From positions 1 to 57,151 of the forward strand of contig DAORSV010000001.1 in assembly GCA_035443705.1 (NCBI GenBank): a stretch of 57,151 nucleotides of DNA. The letters are read 5' to 3'. Below the pieces are notes generated by a model. It was not told where the DNA came from. It worked only from the letters and a program-made list of their open reading frames with translations, and ran no database searches. Each line of letters opens with the position of its first letter. The stretch's first letter is position 1. Position numbers and translations under genes: made by a program. Shown here piece by piece: positions 1 through 9,351 of the stretch. The DNA comes from Gammaproteobacteria bacterium (GTDB lineage Bacteria; Pseudomonadota; Gammaproteobacteria; UBA6186; Azoamicaceae).

Positions 1-717
1 AATTTTTAGTCTTGACAAGTGCTCTATGCCTGCAAGTGTTGTCAGCTGGTTATGGTTAACATGAAGATATATCAGCCCTTTCAATTTCGCTATGCCCATA
101 AGTGTTTTCAGCTGGTTATGGTCAACATCAAGCCTTGTCAGCGCTTTCAATTTCTCTATGCCTGCAAGTGTTGTCAGCTGGTTATGGTCAACATCAAGCC
201 TTGTCAGCGCTTTCAATTGCTCTATGCCCGCAAGTGTTGTCAGCCGGTTATAGCTAACATTAAGTTCTATCAGCGCCGTCAATTGCTCTATGCCCGCAAG
301 TGTTGTCAGCCGGTTATAGCTAACATCAAGCCTTGTCAGCGCTTTCAATTGCTCTATGCCCGCAAGTGTTGTCAGCCGGTTATAGCTAACATTAAGTTCT
401 ATCAGCGCCGTCAATTGCTCTATGCCGTTGAGCTCTGTCAAAAAACCGAAACTAACATCCAGTGATGTTACAGCGCTAGACAATCCTTTATCCCGTAATA
501 ACGCCAATATTTTCTTAAATTTTCCATTATTAACATTGACATCACCCTCGGTATTAAAAACTATTTTCAGATTTTCCAGAACACCACGATTATTTTTGTA
601 AACATCGTTCTCTAAGTTTTCAATCAGCTCTTCAGGGCTTATGCTCAATATCTTCAATATCTCTAGTGATAGGTTTCGCAATATCTTTTGTTCAATGTCT
701 GTTTTTCTTTCCATCAT
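1..717 (-). CDS. Leucine-rich-repeat (LRR) protein, N-terminal 239 codons only; the gene continues past the left edge of the window. Eukaryotic-like effector candidate
   Basis: I translated the reverse strand myself. From ATGATG (717-712, GGGAGAG Shine-Dalgarno-like run at 719-725) the frame is open to position 1. It reads MMERKTDIEQKILRNLSLEILKIL...SLDVSFGFLTELNGIEQLTALIELNVSYNRLTTLAGIEQLKALTRLDVSYNRLTTLAGIEQL...VDHNQLTTLAGIEKLKAL..., which is at least 6 consecutive 22-aa LRR units. It is absent from the supplied ORF track because it has no in-window stop. The true start could be 717 or 714. Confidence 0.85.
   Translation of the reverse strand, partial: MMERKTDIEQKILRNLSLEILKILSISPEELIENLENDVYKNNRGVLENLKIVFNTEGDVNVNNGKFKKILALLRDKGLSSAVTSLDVSFGFLTELNGIEQLTALIELNVSYNRLTTLAGIEQLKALTRLDVSYNRLTTLAGIEQLTALIELNVSYNRLTTLAGIEQLKALTRLDVDHNQLTTLAGIEKLKALTRLDVDHNQLKTLMGIAKLKGLIYLHVNHNQLTTLAGIEHLSRLKI
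22..430. repeat. Tandem 66-bp coding repeat array with at least 6 units (starts at 22, 88, 154, 220, 286, 352, partial unit from 418)
   Basis: CTCTATGCC recurs exactly every 66 nt. Units 220-285 and 352-417 are identical. Unit 286-351 differs only in a block of about 20 nt, giving a 132-bp super-repeat. Each unit encodes one 22-aa LRR on the minus strand. Confidence 0.9.
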
Positions 718-969
718 ACTCTCCCATTAAAACTTAATTTTTCACAATATTCATACTAGCGGCGCAGTATACTCTATTTTCGGCATAAACTTAAAACCAT
801 TTTATATTTAAACCAGGGCAATTGCACTATAATTAAGTAACTCAAATAAGTTTTGGCCATTATAGTGTTATGTTGGTATCAATCAATGCTGGTTTTGCCG
901 CAGTTACTTAACAAATGGATTGTATCCCTAAAACACAACCTCATTATTCGAATAGGTTTTTTGGCGAAC

Positions 970-3372
970 CTATAGAGAAGGCCATGCCTTAAAAAAGGCT
1001 ATAAGCTGATTAATAGACATTGGCTTTGCAAAATAATAGCCTTGAAATAAATGACAGCCGTGATCACGCAACCATTGTACTTGCTCCATTGTCTCTGTGC
1101 CTTCAGCTAAAACTTTTTTATTGAGATTTTTGGCTAAATCGATGATCGTTAAGGCGATACTCTTAGCGTTATTTTCCAGCGGCAATCCTTCAACAAACTC
1201 TTTATCGATTTTTAGAGTATCTATAGGTAATTTAGACAGTATATTAAGACTTGAAAAACCTTTACCAAAATCATCTAACGCAATCGAAAAACCTAAGCTT
1301 TTAAGCTGCGTTATTACAGAAGTAAAAAAAGTAATATTTGTTATGAATAAGCCTTCCGTAATTTCGAGCGTGATATTATGTGTGGGAATATCAAACTGTT
1401 GAGATTGTTCAAATAGATATTTAACGAGATCCAACTTTTCAAAATTAATCGCAGATAAATTGATCGACATTTTTTCAATGACTATGCCTGCTGCACGTAA
1501 TATATTGAAATCCCTAAAGCTGTGATATACAGTCAATTCTAATAATTTATGGATCTGTTCATTTTTTTCTGCCAAGCCAATAAATTCGTCGGGGCTAATA
1601 AAACCTGCCGTTGGGTGTTGCCAACGCATTAAAGACTCAACGCCAATTATTGTATTAGTAATAACGTCAATTTGTGGCTGATAATACATTTCTAAGCTCT
1701 TTTCTTTTATTGCTATAGTCAGCTCATTATTCAGCCATATCTTACGGCGTGAATGTTCGCTCAGTTCTTCGTCATAGAATCTATAACTGTTTATTTTGTC
1801 TTTTCTTGCTGCAAGCATAGCAATGTTTGAAAATCCTAAAAGCTCACTCGTGGTTAGCGCATCTTGTGGGTATTGGGCGATGCCAATGTTCGCGCTAATT
1901 GTGAAGTAACGTTTTCCTATAATGAAAGGCAGCGATAATGCGTTTATAATAATACTTGCTATCGCGGCTATTTCATCTTGTGAACTTGAACCACGAATGA
2001 CTTCAAGAAATAGATTCCCCTCAAATCTTGCTAAAGCGATCGTGTTTGAAGTATATTCTTTTAATCGCAGTGCAAGCATTTGTAACAACTCATCGACGCC
2101 ATCATATCCTAAGGCTTCGTTAATAACACCAAGATCGTTTATTTTAATAAAAAATATGGCAAATGTGGCGTCGGTTTTTGAGACAGCAGCGTCGAGCATT
2201 TTATCGATCTCAGCACACACAAAACGTCTGTTTGGAAGCCCGGTTAATACATCGTGTTCCGATAAAAATTGTGTTTCTAGATTCGTTTTTGCTAAAGAGT
2301 AGATTGTTTCCTTTAATGTATCCGACAAAAGTTCTATTTCAGGTGAATTATTAATGATACAAGTTTCTAAACTCTTGCTTTCTTTATATTTTTGTATTGC
2401 CTGCGTTAATCGTGAGATAGGTTCGGTTATGGATGTTGCGATTAAATACATTATCAGATATAAAACAGTACAAAAAACGATTAATCCAAACAGTAATGAC
2501 CAAAACAAATAATGAAGTCTTTGAAACGCTTCAGATTTTTCTATATAGGTTATTATAGTCCAATTAAACCCTGGAATAGTTTGAATGGTTCCTAGACTAT
2601 CATTTCCTTTATAGTTAACAAATGAGTTTGATAATCCTGCTATCAACCCTTTAATGCTCTGATAACTTATATCAGATGCATTAATTTCGTTTTGCTTCGT
2701 CTCTATAAGACCATTAGCGGATTGTACAAAATGAATAAAAATAAATTGATCTTTTGATACATTTTGTCTAACTAAAATAGTTTCTCCACTGTTACCCAAA
2801 CCAGGGTGAACCAATAATTTATTCGAAAAATTGTCTTGATTTAAATCCAAATTTAAAATGCCAATTACTTTTCCATCTGAAATAATTGGACCGCTAATAT
2901 TTGTCAATACAGTTTTGTTTTCTAGGTTAAATAAAGAGACGTTAATTGAAGTATCCGCTATATTTATCGGTATTTTCGCATGTCCTTTATTAAAGGCATT
3001 TTTGTCTGTAGATGCAATGATTTTTCCTGTTAAATCAATAAGCGTTATGTTTTTTATTACACTCGATTTTTGTAATTTATTTTGCATCATACTAACAAGA
3101 TCTTTTAAATCACTTGAACCATTATTTTTATTATACTGAGATATATTGGCTATTATATTATTGTTTTCCGAGAAAAACTCGAACATTATTTTATTATCAT
3201 CTATAATTTGTGAAAGTATATTTTTTTGTGAAACACATATGTCATCTAAATCATCATAGATTAAATCACTGATGTATCTTTCAAAAAAGAAGAAAAAACA
3301 ACTGCTAAAAATTATAAAACTTACAATCGCTATTGGCAGCAAGTAGACGACAATTTTTGTTTTGATACGCAA
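970..3372 (-). CDS. Membrane sensor protein with a periplasmic Cache-like region, a degenerate GGDEF domain and an EAL domain (probable c-di-GMP phosphodiesterase)
   Basis: 800-aa ORF. It has an N-terminal TM (IVVYLLPIAIVSFIIFSSCFFFFF), about 260 aa of periplasmic sequence and a second TM (LFWSLLFGLIVFCTVLYLIMYLI). The GGDEF-fold segment (LTGLPNRRF...) carries RFEGNLF where RxGGDEF is expected. EAL signatures are present: ESLMRW, EITEG, DDFGKGFSS, KIDKEFV, AEGTET, QGYYFAKP. The start is TTG at 3372, preceded by AGGAAT. Confidence 0.85.
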   Translation of the reverse strand: MRIKTKIVVYLLPIAIVSFIIFSSCFFFFFERYISDLIYDDLDDICVSQKNILSQIIDDNKIMFEFFSENNNIIANISQYNKNNGSSDLKDLVSMMQNKLQKSSVIKNITLIDLTGKIIASTDKNAFNKGHAKIPINIADTSINVSLFNLENKTVLTNISGPIISDGKVIGILNLDLNQDNFSNKLLVHPGLGNSGETILVRQNVSKDQFIFIHFVQSANGLIETKQNEINASDISYQSIKGLIAGLSNSFVNYKGNDSLGTIQTIPGFNWTIITYIEKSEAFQRLHYLFWSLLFGLIVFCTVLYLIMYLIATSITEPISRLTQAIQKYKESKSLETCIINNSPEIELLSDTLKETIYSLAKTNLETQFLSEHDVLTGLPNRRFVCAEIDKMLDAAVSKTDATFAIFFIKINDLGVINEALGYDGVDELLQMLALRLKEYTSNTIALARFEGNLFLEVIRGSSSQDEIAAIASIIINALSLPFIIGKRYFTISANIGIAQYPQDALTTSELLGFSNIAMLAARKDKINSYRFYDEELSEHSRRKIWLNNELTIAIKEKSLEMYYQPQIDVITNTIIGVESLMRWQHPTAGFISPDEFIGLAEKNEQIHKLLELTVYHSFRDFNILRAAGIVIEKMSINLSAINFEKLDLVKYLFEQSQQFDIPTHNITLEITEGLFITNITFFTSVITQLKSLGFSIALDDFGKGFSSLNILSKLPIDTLKIDKEFVEGLPLENNAKSIALTIIDLAKNLNKKVLAEGTETMEQVQWLRDHGCHLFQGYYFAKPMSINQLIAFFKAWPSL

Positions 3373-3404
3373 TTGGTTATTCCTAATTAAATAATATCGA
3401 TTAT

Positions 3405-4106
3405 TTAATCCGAAAGTGTATTATCTGTAAGCTCTCCTATATTTTCAAATGGTTTTTCTAAACCACCAATCTCTTCTTCTATGTCGGTCAACGGTTTCGC
3501 TAGCGGCTTTTCTATTGGTTTCTGCACATCTTTTACGGAATCTTCTGCATTACCTGTTGCTTTTTGAGTGGCTTTTTCTATGGTTTTCTTCAGATCATCA
3601 GAGTTTTTAGATGGGTTTTCATAAAACTTCAGTAAGTCTTCAGGTAATTGTGCTTTAATCCAAAGCGAAGCCGGTTCGAATTGGGATACTAATACAGATG
3701 ATTTCCAGATTTCTTTTTTTGAAATGATAGAGGGTTGAACCATAAGAATGACAATAGCAATAACGAAAACACCTCTGGCTAATCCAAATAAGATGCCAAT
3801 AATCCGATCAGTAATGCTAAATTTAGTTGATTTGATCAATTTTGAAAGCAAGTGACTCACAATGCCACCTACGATCAAAGTCGTCAATACAATCAAAATA
3901 AATGCCAACAATAGTCTAACACCTACAATGGAAATGCTCGTAAACCAAGCTCCCACTTCATCGCAATACAAAGTACCCAATATACCTGCAACAATCCAAG
4001 TCATTAAAGACATAGATTCACGCACAAAGCCTCTTAAAAAACCAAAAATAACCGAAACTGTAATAATCCCGATAATTCCGTAATCAATTTCATTTAATCC
4101 ATGCAT
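3405..4106 (-). CDS. cvpA: CvpA-family inner-membrane protein with an extended charged C-terminal tail
   Basis: 233 aa. The four-TM N-terminal half (IDYGIIGIITVSVIFGFLRGFVRE...) is typical of CvpA. It sits directly downstream of accD, as in the enterobacterial accD-(folC-dedD)-cvpA arrangement. The last 70 aa or so are Lys/Glu/Pro-rich (KPIEKPLAKPL). Confidence 0.75.
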   Translation of the reverse strand: MHGLNEIDYGIIGIITVSVIFGFLRGFVRESMSLMTWIVAGILGTLYCDEVGAWFTSISIVGVRLLLAFILIVLTTLIVGGIVSHLLSKLIKSTKFSITDRIIGILFGLARGVFVIAIVILMVQPSIISKKEIWKSSVLVSQFEPASLWIKAQLPEDLLKFYENPSKNSDDLKKTIEKATQKATGNAEDSVKDVQKPIEKPLAKPLTDIEEEIGGLEKPFENIGELTDNTLSD

Positions 4107-4109
4107 GAT

Positions 4110-4976
4110 TTATGCTCCCTTTTCTGTTTGATGTGTCAGTTTGGCCAAAAGCGATGCAACAGTATCTCGAAGATGTCGACGGTCGACAACCATATCGATT
4201 GCACCTGTTTCTAATAAAAATTCACTGCGCTGAAAACCTTCCGGTAAAATTTCACGAACTGTTTGCTCAATCACTTTAGGTCCTGCGAAACCAATTAAAG
4301 CCTTCGGTTCTGCAATATTAATATCCCCTAACATCGCAAGACTCGCAGAAACACCACCCATGCAGGGATCAACCATGACCGAAATATAGGGTATTGCCAT
4401 TTTGTCCATCATCCCCAATGCTGCGCTCGTTTTTGCCATTTGCATTAATGATATGAGAGACTCCTGCATGCGTGCGCCACCGCTGCAAGAAAAGCATATC
4501 AAGGGAATTTTATTTTTTAAAGCGCATTCTACCCCACGCACAAAACGCTCTCCTACCGCAGCACCCATCGAGCCACCGATAAAAGAAAATTCAAAAGCAG
4601 CTGCAACCAAAGGCATTCCTTTTAGTTGACCCCGCATCACAATAAGCGCATCTTTTTCACCTGTATCTTTTTGTGCTGCCAACAAACGATCTTTATATTT
4701 TTTAGTATCACGAAATTTTAAGCGATCATCCGCAACAACTTCTGTCGCAAGCTCTTCTCTAAAGGCAGTGTCTAAAAAATAATCGAGACGCTGTCTCGCC
4801 TTTAGTCGCAAATGAAAAGAACACTTAGGACATACTTCCAAGTTTCTTTCTAATTCAGAACGAAACAAAAAGGCTAAGCACTCTGGACACTTTGTCCACA
4901 ATCCTTCTGGCATCTCCTTTTTTTTAATGCCATCGGTTCGAATTTTCGAAGGTAATAATTTGGAAAACCAGCTCAT
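4110..4976 (-). CDS. accD: Acetyl-CoA carboxylase carboxyltransferase beta subunit
   Basis: N-terminal Cys4 zinc ribbon ([26 protein letters not shown]) followed by a carboxyltransferase domain ([20 protein letters not shown]). I prefer ATG 4976 (MSWFSKLL, typical AccD N-terminus) over the track's GTG at 4988, which overlaps the truA stop. Confidence 0.93.
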   Translation of the reverse strand: MSWFSKLLPSKIRTDGIKKKEMPEGLWTKCPECLAFLFRSELERNLEVCPKCSFHLRLKARQRLDYFLDTAFREELATEVVADDRLKFRDTKKYKDRLLAAQKDTGEKDALIVMRGQLKGMPLVAAAFEFSFIGGSMGAAVGERFVRGVECALKNKIPLICFSCSGGARMQESLISLMQMAKTSAALGMMDKMAIPYISVMVDPCMGGVSASLAMLGDINIAEPKALIGFAGPKVIEQTVREILPEGFQRSEFLLETGAIDMVVDRRHLRDTVASLLAKLTHQTEKGA

Positions 4977-4977
4977 T

Positions 4978-5793
4978 TTAAAGGTCACCCATGTTGAGAT
5001 TTAAAAACCAAGGCCCTAGTTCTATTTTAGGCAAACTAAAACACTCCGGGTATTGTACCTCAACCAAATATAATCCCATAGGAGGAGCGGTTACTCCGGC
5101 TGTCTTTCGATCTTGATTCTCTAATACCGTGTGTGCCCATCGTGGCGGTTCAGTCCTCCTCCCTACTTTGAATAGTACCCCCATCATATTGCGTACCATA
5201 TGGTGTAAAAAAGCATCGGCTATGAATTCGACGATAACATGATCGTTGAGTCTTTTTATCTTAATAGACTGGATATTGCGAATAGGAGAAAGACTTTGGC
5301 ATCGAGATCCGCGAAAAGATGAAAAATCATGTTCCCCTAGCCAATATTGACTCGCTTCAATCATATATTGGATATCTAACTTTGTATATTCCCAGGTGAC
5401 ATACTGCGACAGTAAACTGGGTCTAATCGGGTGATTATAAATAACATAACGATATCGGCGAGCAACGGCAGAACGACGAGCATTAAAGGTATCTGATACA
5501 GGTTTTGCCCACAGTACGCGAATGCCCTCTTCTTTGCGAGAGAAAATGGTATTGGCCCCATATACCCATGCGCGTTCACTTCTTTCCGCGGTTGAATCAA
5601 AATGAACCACTTGTGCACAGGCGTGAACGCCCGTATCGGTCCTGCCTGCGCAAAAAGTCCCAATGGGTTGGTCGGCAACCTCGCTTAAAGCAAGTTCTAG
5701 CGCTGCTTGCACAGAGTGCCCCGTTTTTTGACGTTGCCAACCACAAAATTGGCTACCGTCGTATTCTAATCCTAACGCAATTCGTTTTTTCAC
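4978..5793 (-). CDS. truA: tRNA pseudouridine(38-40) synthase TruA
   Basis: [14 protein letters not shown] and the catalytic GRTDTGVHA motif. GTG start at 5793. The position between fimV-like and accD is conserved. Confidence 0.93.
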   Translation of the reverse strand: MKKRIALGLEYDGSQFCGWQRQKTGHSVQAALELALSEVADQPIGTFCAGRTDTGVHACAQVVHFDSTAERSERAWVYGANTIFSRKEEGIRVLWAKPVSDTFNARRSAVARRYRYVIYNHPIRPSLLSQYVTWEYTKLDIQYMIEASQYWLGEHDFSSFRGSRCQSLSPIRNIQSIKIKRLNDHVIVEFIADAFLHHMVRNMMGVLFKVGRRTEPPRWAHTVLENQDRKTAGVTAPPMGLYLVEVQYPECFSLPKIELGPWFLNLNMGDL

Positions 5794-5809
5794 AATTGTT
5801 GCTCGAACC

Positions 5810-6925
5810 TTACACGCAATTAATTTTTTTTAATATTTCCTTGGCTAATTTTATTTCTTCGCTATTCCCGCGAACAATAATCTCATCTAAAATAGCTTCT
5901 GCATTTTTAATGTCTTGATAAGCAAGATACTGCTTTGCCAGTTCTAATTTCAATTTAATTTCCTCATCAAATATCACAATTTCTTCCACAATGCCAAAGT
6001 TATTTACAGAAGGGACTTTAACGCGAAAGCGTGCGCGCCTTACAAACCAAGTGGTGACAATGGTAAACAGCAAAGCTAAGCCACTCCCCAGTAAAATCTG
6101 CTTGCCTGAAAGTGTTGATTTAGATTCGGATGATGCTTTGGGTTCTATTGTTAACGTGGGTTGCAGTTGATCTATTACGGGCTGAACCGCTGGAACAATG
6201 GAAGGCACAATAACATTTGCAAGCGAATTTTCAGCAGAATTTGAAAGAGATTCCGTCTGCTTTTGTTTATCGACAATAATACCGGCAGGGACATCATTGA
6301 TACCCACTGTACTTTTAGCTTCTGCTATCTCTGTGAGCGGAATCGTATTTTTTTCTTGAGTACTTTTTTCTTGGAGTGCAAGTATTGCTACGGGATCTTG
6401 AAACGGCGTCACAGACTCTGAAGCAACTGAAGGTACAGCAAAAACACCTTCTTCTAAATTGGGTTTATTTAGCATCTGAAGTGCCTGTTCATTGGCCACA
6501 CGCTTAGACACTCCACCAAAAGGTGCAGGATCTAATAAGAGCGTATAGTCGCGTACCACACGACCGTCTGGCCATGTGAGCAGTACCAAAAATTCTAAAT
6601 AGGGTTGCTTCACTGCATCTTCGCTGGTGACTTTCAATATTGCCTGTTTATTTTGTTGTACGATCTCAAATCGCAACTTAGATAAAAAATAAGGCCGAGC
6701 GAGTTCAATACGCTTAAAATCTTCCACAGAAGCAAGACTAACGATTAAATGGCTTGGATCAATATCCTCAGCACCTTGTAATTCTATTTCTGCATCTAGG
6801 GGTTCATTTAAATAAGAATACAATTTAATTTGACCAAAGCCGAGCGAAAACCCAACTTCAGGTAGTAGACTAAGCATAAATGCACAGAACATAAAGACGA
6901 TGTACTTTTGTTTTAAACTATGCAT
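5810..6925 (-). CDS. Short FimV-like protein (FimV N-terminal motif, one TM, FimV C-terminal TPR-like motif)
   Basis: Signal or TM segment, then SLGFGQIKLYSYLNEPLDAEIEL (FimV N-terminal signature). A central TM follows (LLGSGLALLFTIVTTWFV). The C-terminus reads LELAKQYLAYQDIKNAEAILDEIIVRGNSEEIKLAKEILKKI (FimV C-terminal signature). The asd-fimV-truA synteny is as in Pseudomonas and Legionella. Confidence 0.75.
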   Translation of the reverse strand: MHSLKQKYIVFMFCAFMLSLLPEVGFSLGFGQIKLYSYLNEPLDAEIELQGAEDIDPSHLIVSLASVEDFKRIELARPYFLSKLRFEIVQQNKQAILKVTSEDAVKQPYLEFLVLLTWPDGRVVRDYTLLLDPAPFGGVSKRVANEQALQMLNKPNLEEGVFAVPSVASESVTPFQDPVAILALQEKSTQEKNTIPLTEIAEAKSTVGINDVPAGIIVDKQKQTESLSNSAENSLANVIVPSIVPAVQPVIDQLQPTLTIEPKASSESKSTLSGKQILLGSGLALLFTIVTTWFVRRARFRVKVPSVNNFGIVEEIVIFDEEIKLKLELAKQYLAYQDIKNAEAILDEIIVRGNSEEIKLAKEILKKINCV

Positions 6926-7024
6926 TTTCCCTCTCTTGTGCCGCTCGAGTCTTGCGATTCCATCCTAAACATAACTTGTCAAACAATTATCCGAAAAGCC
7001 ATATCTTTACCAGATCATTATAGA

Positions 7025-8053
7025 TTACAAATAATCACTGACCAAAATTTCCGCAATTTGAACTGCATTTAAAGCGGCACCCTTTCGAATATTGTCAGAA
7101 ACAACCCATAAATTTAAGCCAAGAGGATAAGAAATATCTTCTCTGATCCGTCCAACATAAACGGCATCTGTGCCGGAAGCTTCTGGAATTGGCGTCGGAT
7201 ATCCACCTGACTGATTTTCATCCATCACGATAACACCCGGCGCTTCTGATAAAATTTCTTTGGCGTCGTTTGCCGATATTTTTCGAGCCGTTTCTAAATG
7301 AATCGCCATTGAATGGCCATAAAAAACAGGTACACGAACCGCTGTTGCGTTCACTTGAATATCAGGATCTTTAAAAATTTTTTGTGTCTCCCAAAACATT
7401 TTCATTTCTTCTCGTGTGTAACCGTTATCTAAAAAATCATCGATTTGAGGCAACACATTAAAGGCAATTTGCTTAGGGTAAACAACAGATTCAATAGGAC
7501 GACCGCTCAAGAGATCAGAGACCTGTGTAACGAGTTCGTTAATAGCAGCTTTCCCACTACCGGATACCGATTGATAGGTTGCAACATTAATACGGGTAAT
7601 GCCAACCGCATCGTATAAGGGCTTTAAAGCCACCAGCATTTGCATCGTTGAGCAATTGGGATTAGCAATAATACCGCGATTTCTAAACTCAGCGATATCT
7701 TCTGAATTCACCTCTGTAATAACCAAAGGAACATCATCCATCTGTCTGAAATAAGAGGTATTATCGATAACAATACAACCTGCTTCCGCCGCTTTTTCTG
7801 CGTAAATGGCAGAAATTTTTGAACCCGCTGAAAAAAGTGCAATCTGGACTTTTGAAAAATCAAATTGTTCTACATCTTCCACAAGATAGGATTTTTTTTT
7901 AAAAAGAACCGTTTCACCCGCAGATCGATGACTGGCTAAAGGATAAAGTTTTAGCACAGGAAACAGTCGTTCCTCTAAAATCGAAATCATGGCTTCACCC
8001 ACCGTGCCGGTGGCGCCTAGAACTGCCACATTAAATTTTTTCGAATCGCTCAT
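7025..8053 (-). CDS. asd: Aspartate-semialdehyde dehydrogenase
   Basis: VAVLGATGTVG Rossmann motif, active-site NPNCSTMQM and SGSGKAAINEL. 342 aa. Confidence 0.9.
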   Translation of the reverse strand: MSDSKKFNVAVLGATGTVGEAMISILEERLFPVLKLYPLASHRSAGETVLFKKKSYLVEDVEQFDFSKVQIALFSAGSKISAIYAEKAAEAGCIVIDNTSYFRQMDDVPLVITEVNSEDIAEFRNRGIIANPNCSTMQMLVALKPLYDAVGITRINVATYQSVSGSGKAAINELVTQVSDLLSGRPIESVVYPKQIAFNVLPQIDDFLDNGYTREEMKMFWETQKIFKDPDIQVNATAVRVPVFYGHSMAIHLETARKISANDAKEILSEAPGVIVMDENQSGGYPTPIPEASGTDAVYVGRIREDISYPLGLNLWVVSDNIRKGAALNAVQIAEILVSDYL

Positions 8054-8161
8054 GATTTATGATCCTTGCCTTACCGCTCTGTATAAAAATAACATTCTCT
8101 TTTTTCAGTCGCCCAACTCGCCCTACTCAGACAACGATGCTTTCAAAAGAAAATATTATTT

Positions 8162-8350
8162 TTATCCAGACCTTAATATAAAAATTGCTATGCCGACTAC
8201 CACAATCAGAATTAAAGCCAGGAATCCAACAGTTGTAAAGCTACGACTTAAATTTGCTTTTGAGAATGCTTCAGGATTGCCTTTAATCGTACGATACATC
8301 ATCCATATTAAAAAACCAAACCCACAAATGGTTAAAAACCCTGCCAACAT
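8162..8350 (-). CDS. Small two-TM membrane protein (hypothetical)
   Basis: 62-aa ORF with two hydrophobic helices (LAGFLTICGFGFLIWMMY; VGFLALILIVVVGIAIFIL). The ATG at 8350 overlaps the end of prmB by 19 nt, which is consistent with coupling. I recognise no family. Confidence 0.45.
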   Translation of the reverse strand: MLAGFLTICGFGFLIWMMYRTIKGNPEAFSKANLSRSFTTVGFLALILIVVVGIAIFILRSG

Positions 8351-9219
8351 GACTTGTCCTCCGCATACAATAAGAATACACCCTGACCACCATTTTCAAA
8401 TTCTAACCACGTACCGAGGAAATCCGGATATTGGTTTTTAAGCGCTTCTTCTGTATTACCCACTTCCACAAACAAAAGTCCCTTTTCGGTGAGATAACGA
8501 GGTGCTTCTCTCAGGATCTGTTTTACAATCGCTAAACCATCTGATCCAGCGGCTAATGCCAAACGTGGCTCCCAGTGATACTCGGGTGGTAAATTCCGCA
8601 TTTCCGCGCTATCGACATAGGGTGGGTTAGAGATGATAATATCATAACGTTTTCCTGCACATCCCGAAAAGAGATCAGCGTGGATCAGATTAACACGTGA
8701 TTCACAATTCTGTAATACACAATTTTTACGCGCGACATCTAAGGCATCTTCAGAAATATCAATCGCATCGACAATCGCGTTTTCGAAAACTTTTGCACAA
8801 GCGATTGCAATACAAGCGCTCCCCGTACATAAATCTAGCACACGGTGCACCATATGTTTACCCAACCACGGCTGAAATCCATTTAAAATGAGTTCCGCCA
8901 TGGGCGATCGCGGAATAATCACCCGTTCGTCGACATAAAATTTTTGGTGTGCAAACCAAGCCTCATGCGTCAAATAAGGCACCGGGGTTCTTGTCGTAAT
9001 ACGTTGATTAACCAGTTTTAGATAGATTTCTTTTTCATGAGCAGTCAGTACCCGCTCTCCAACACAGGCATCGACATCGGGAGGTAGCTTCAAAACATAT
9101 AAAGCCAGAGCCACGGCTTCATCCCAGGCATTGTTCGTTCCATGCCCATAATAGAGCTTTGCCGCCTTAAAAGACTGCTCTGCCCACTTTAAAACCACAT
9201 TTAGGGTTGTTAATTCCAC
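8332..9219 (-). CDS. prmB: Ribosomal protein L3 N5-glutamine methyltransferase
   Basis: PrmB-type N-terminus (YYGHGTNNAWDEAVALALYVL), SAM-binding VLDLCTGSACIAI and catalytic NPPY (IISNPPYV). GTG start, so the exact start is uncertain. Confidence 0.88.
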   Translation of the reverse strand: MELTTLNVVLKWAEQSFKAAKLYYGHGTNNAWDEAVALALYVLKLPPDVDACVGERVLTAHEKEIYLKLVNQRITTRTPVPYLTHEAWFAHQKFYVDERVIIPRSPMAELILNGFQPWLGKHMVHRVLDLCTGSACIAIACAKVFENAIVDAIDISEDALDVARKNCVLQNCESRVNLIHADLFSGCAGKRYDIIISNPPYVDSAEMRNLPPEYHWEPRLALAAGSDGLAIVKQILREAPRYLTEKGLLFVEVGNTEEALKNQYPDFLGTWLEFENGGQGVFLLYAEDKSCWQGF

Positions 9220-9351
9220 AAAGACCTCTTAACATAGAGCCAGGGCGGACACAATGATACGCCCCCGCGATTGGGTAAAAGGCCATTTTCCGCTCAAAGG
9301 GTTTTTGGATCAATGGGTTAGAAGCATTAAGTTAAATAACTGGGGTGTTTC

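Noticed and set aside
22-430. Regularly spaced repeats that could be mistaken for a CRISPR array
   Set aside because: The repeats are contiguous, with a period of 66 nt and no unique spacers. They are not palindromic, they lie in an open reading frame encoding LRR units, and there are no cas genes in the window.
19-465. 148-aa plus-strand ORF from the track (MLYACKCCQLVMVN...)
   Set aside because: It is Cys-rich and repetitive, with no plausible protein character. It is the antisense reading of the 66-bp repeats, which encode a clean LRR protein on the minus strand.
951-975. Hairpin ATAGGTT-ttttggcg-AACCTAT overlapping the stop of the GGDEF-EAL gene, as a terminator
   Set aside because: It has a 7-bp AT-rich stem and no following T-tract on the transcribed strand, so it is too weak to call.
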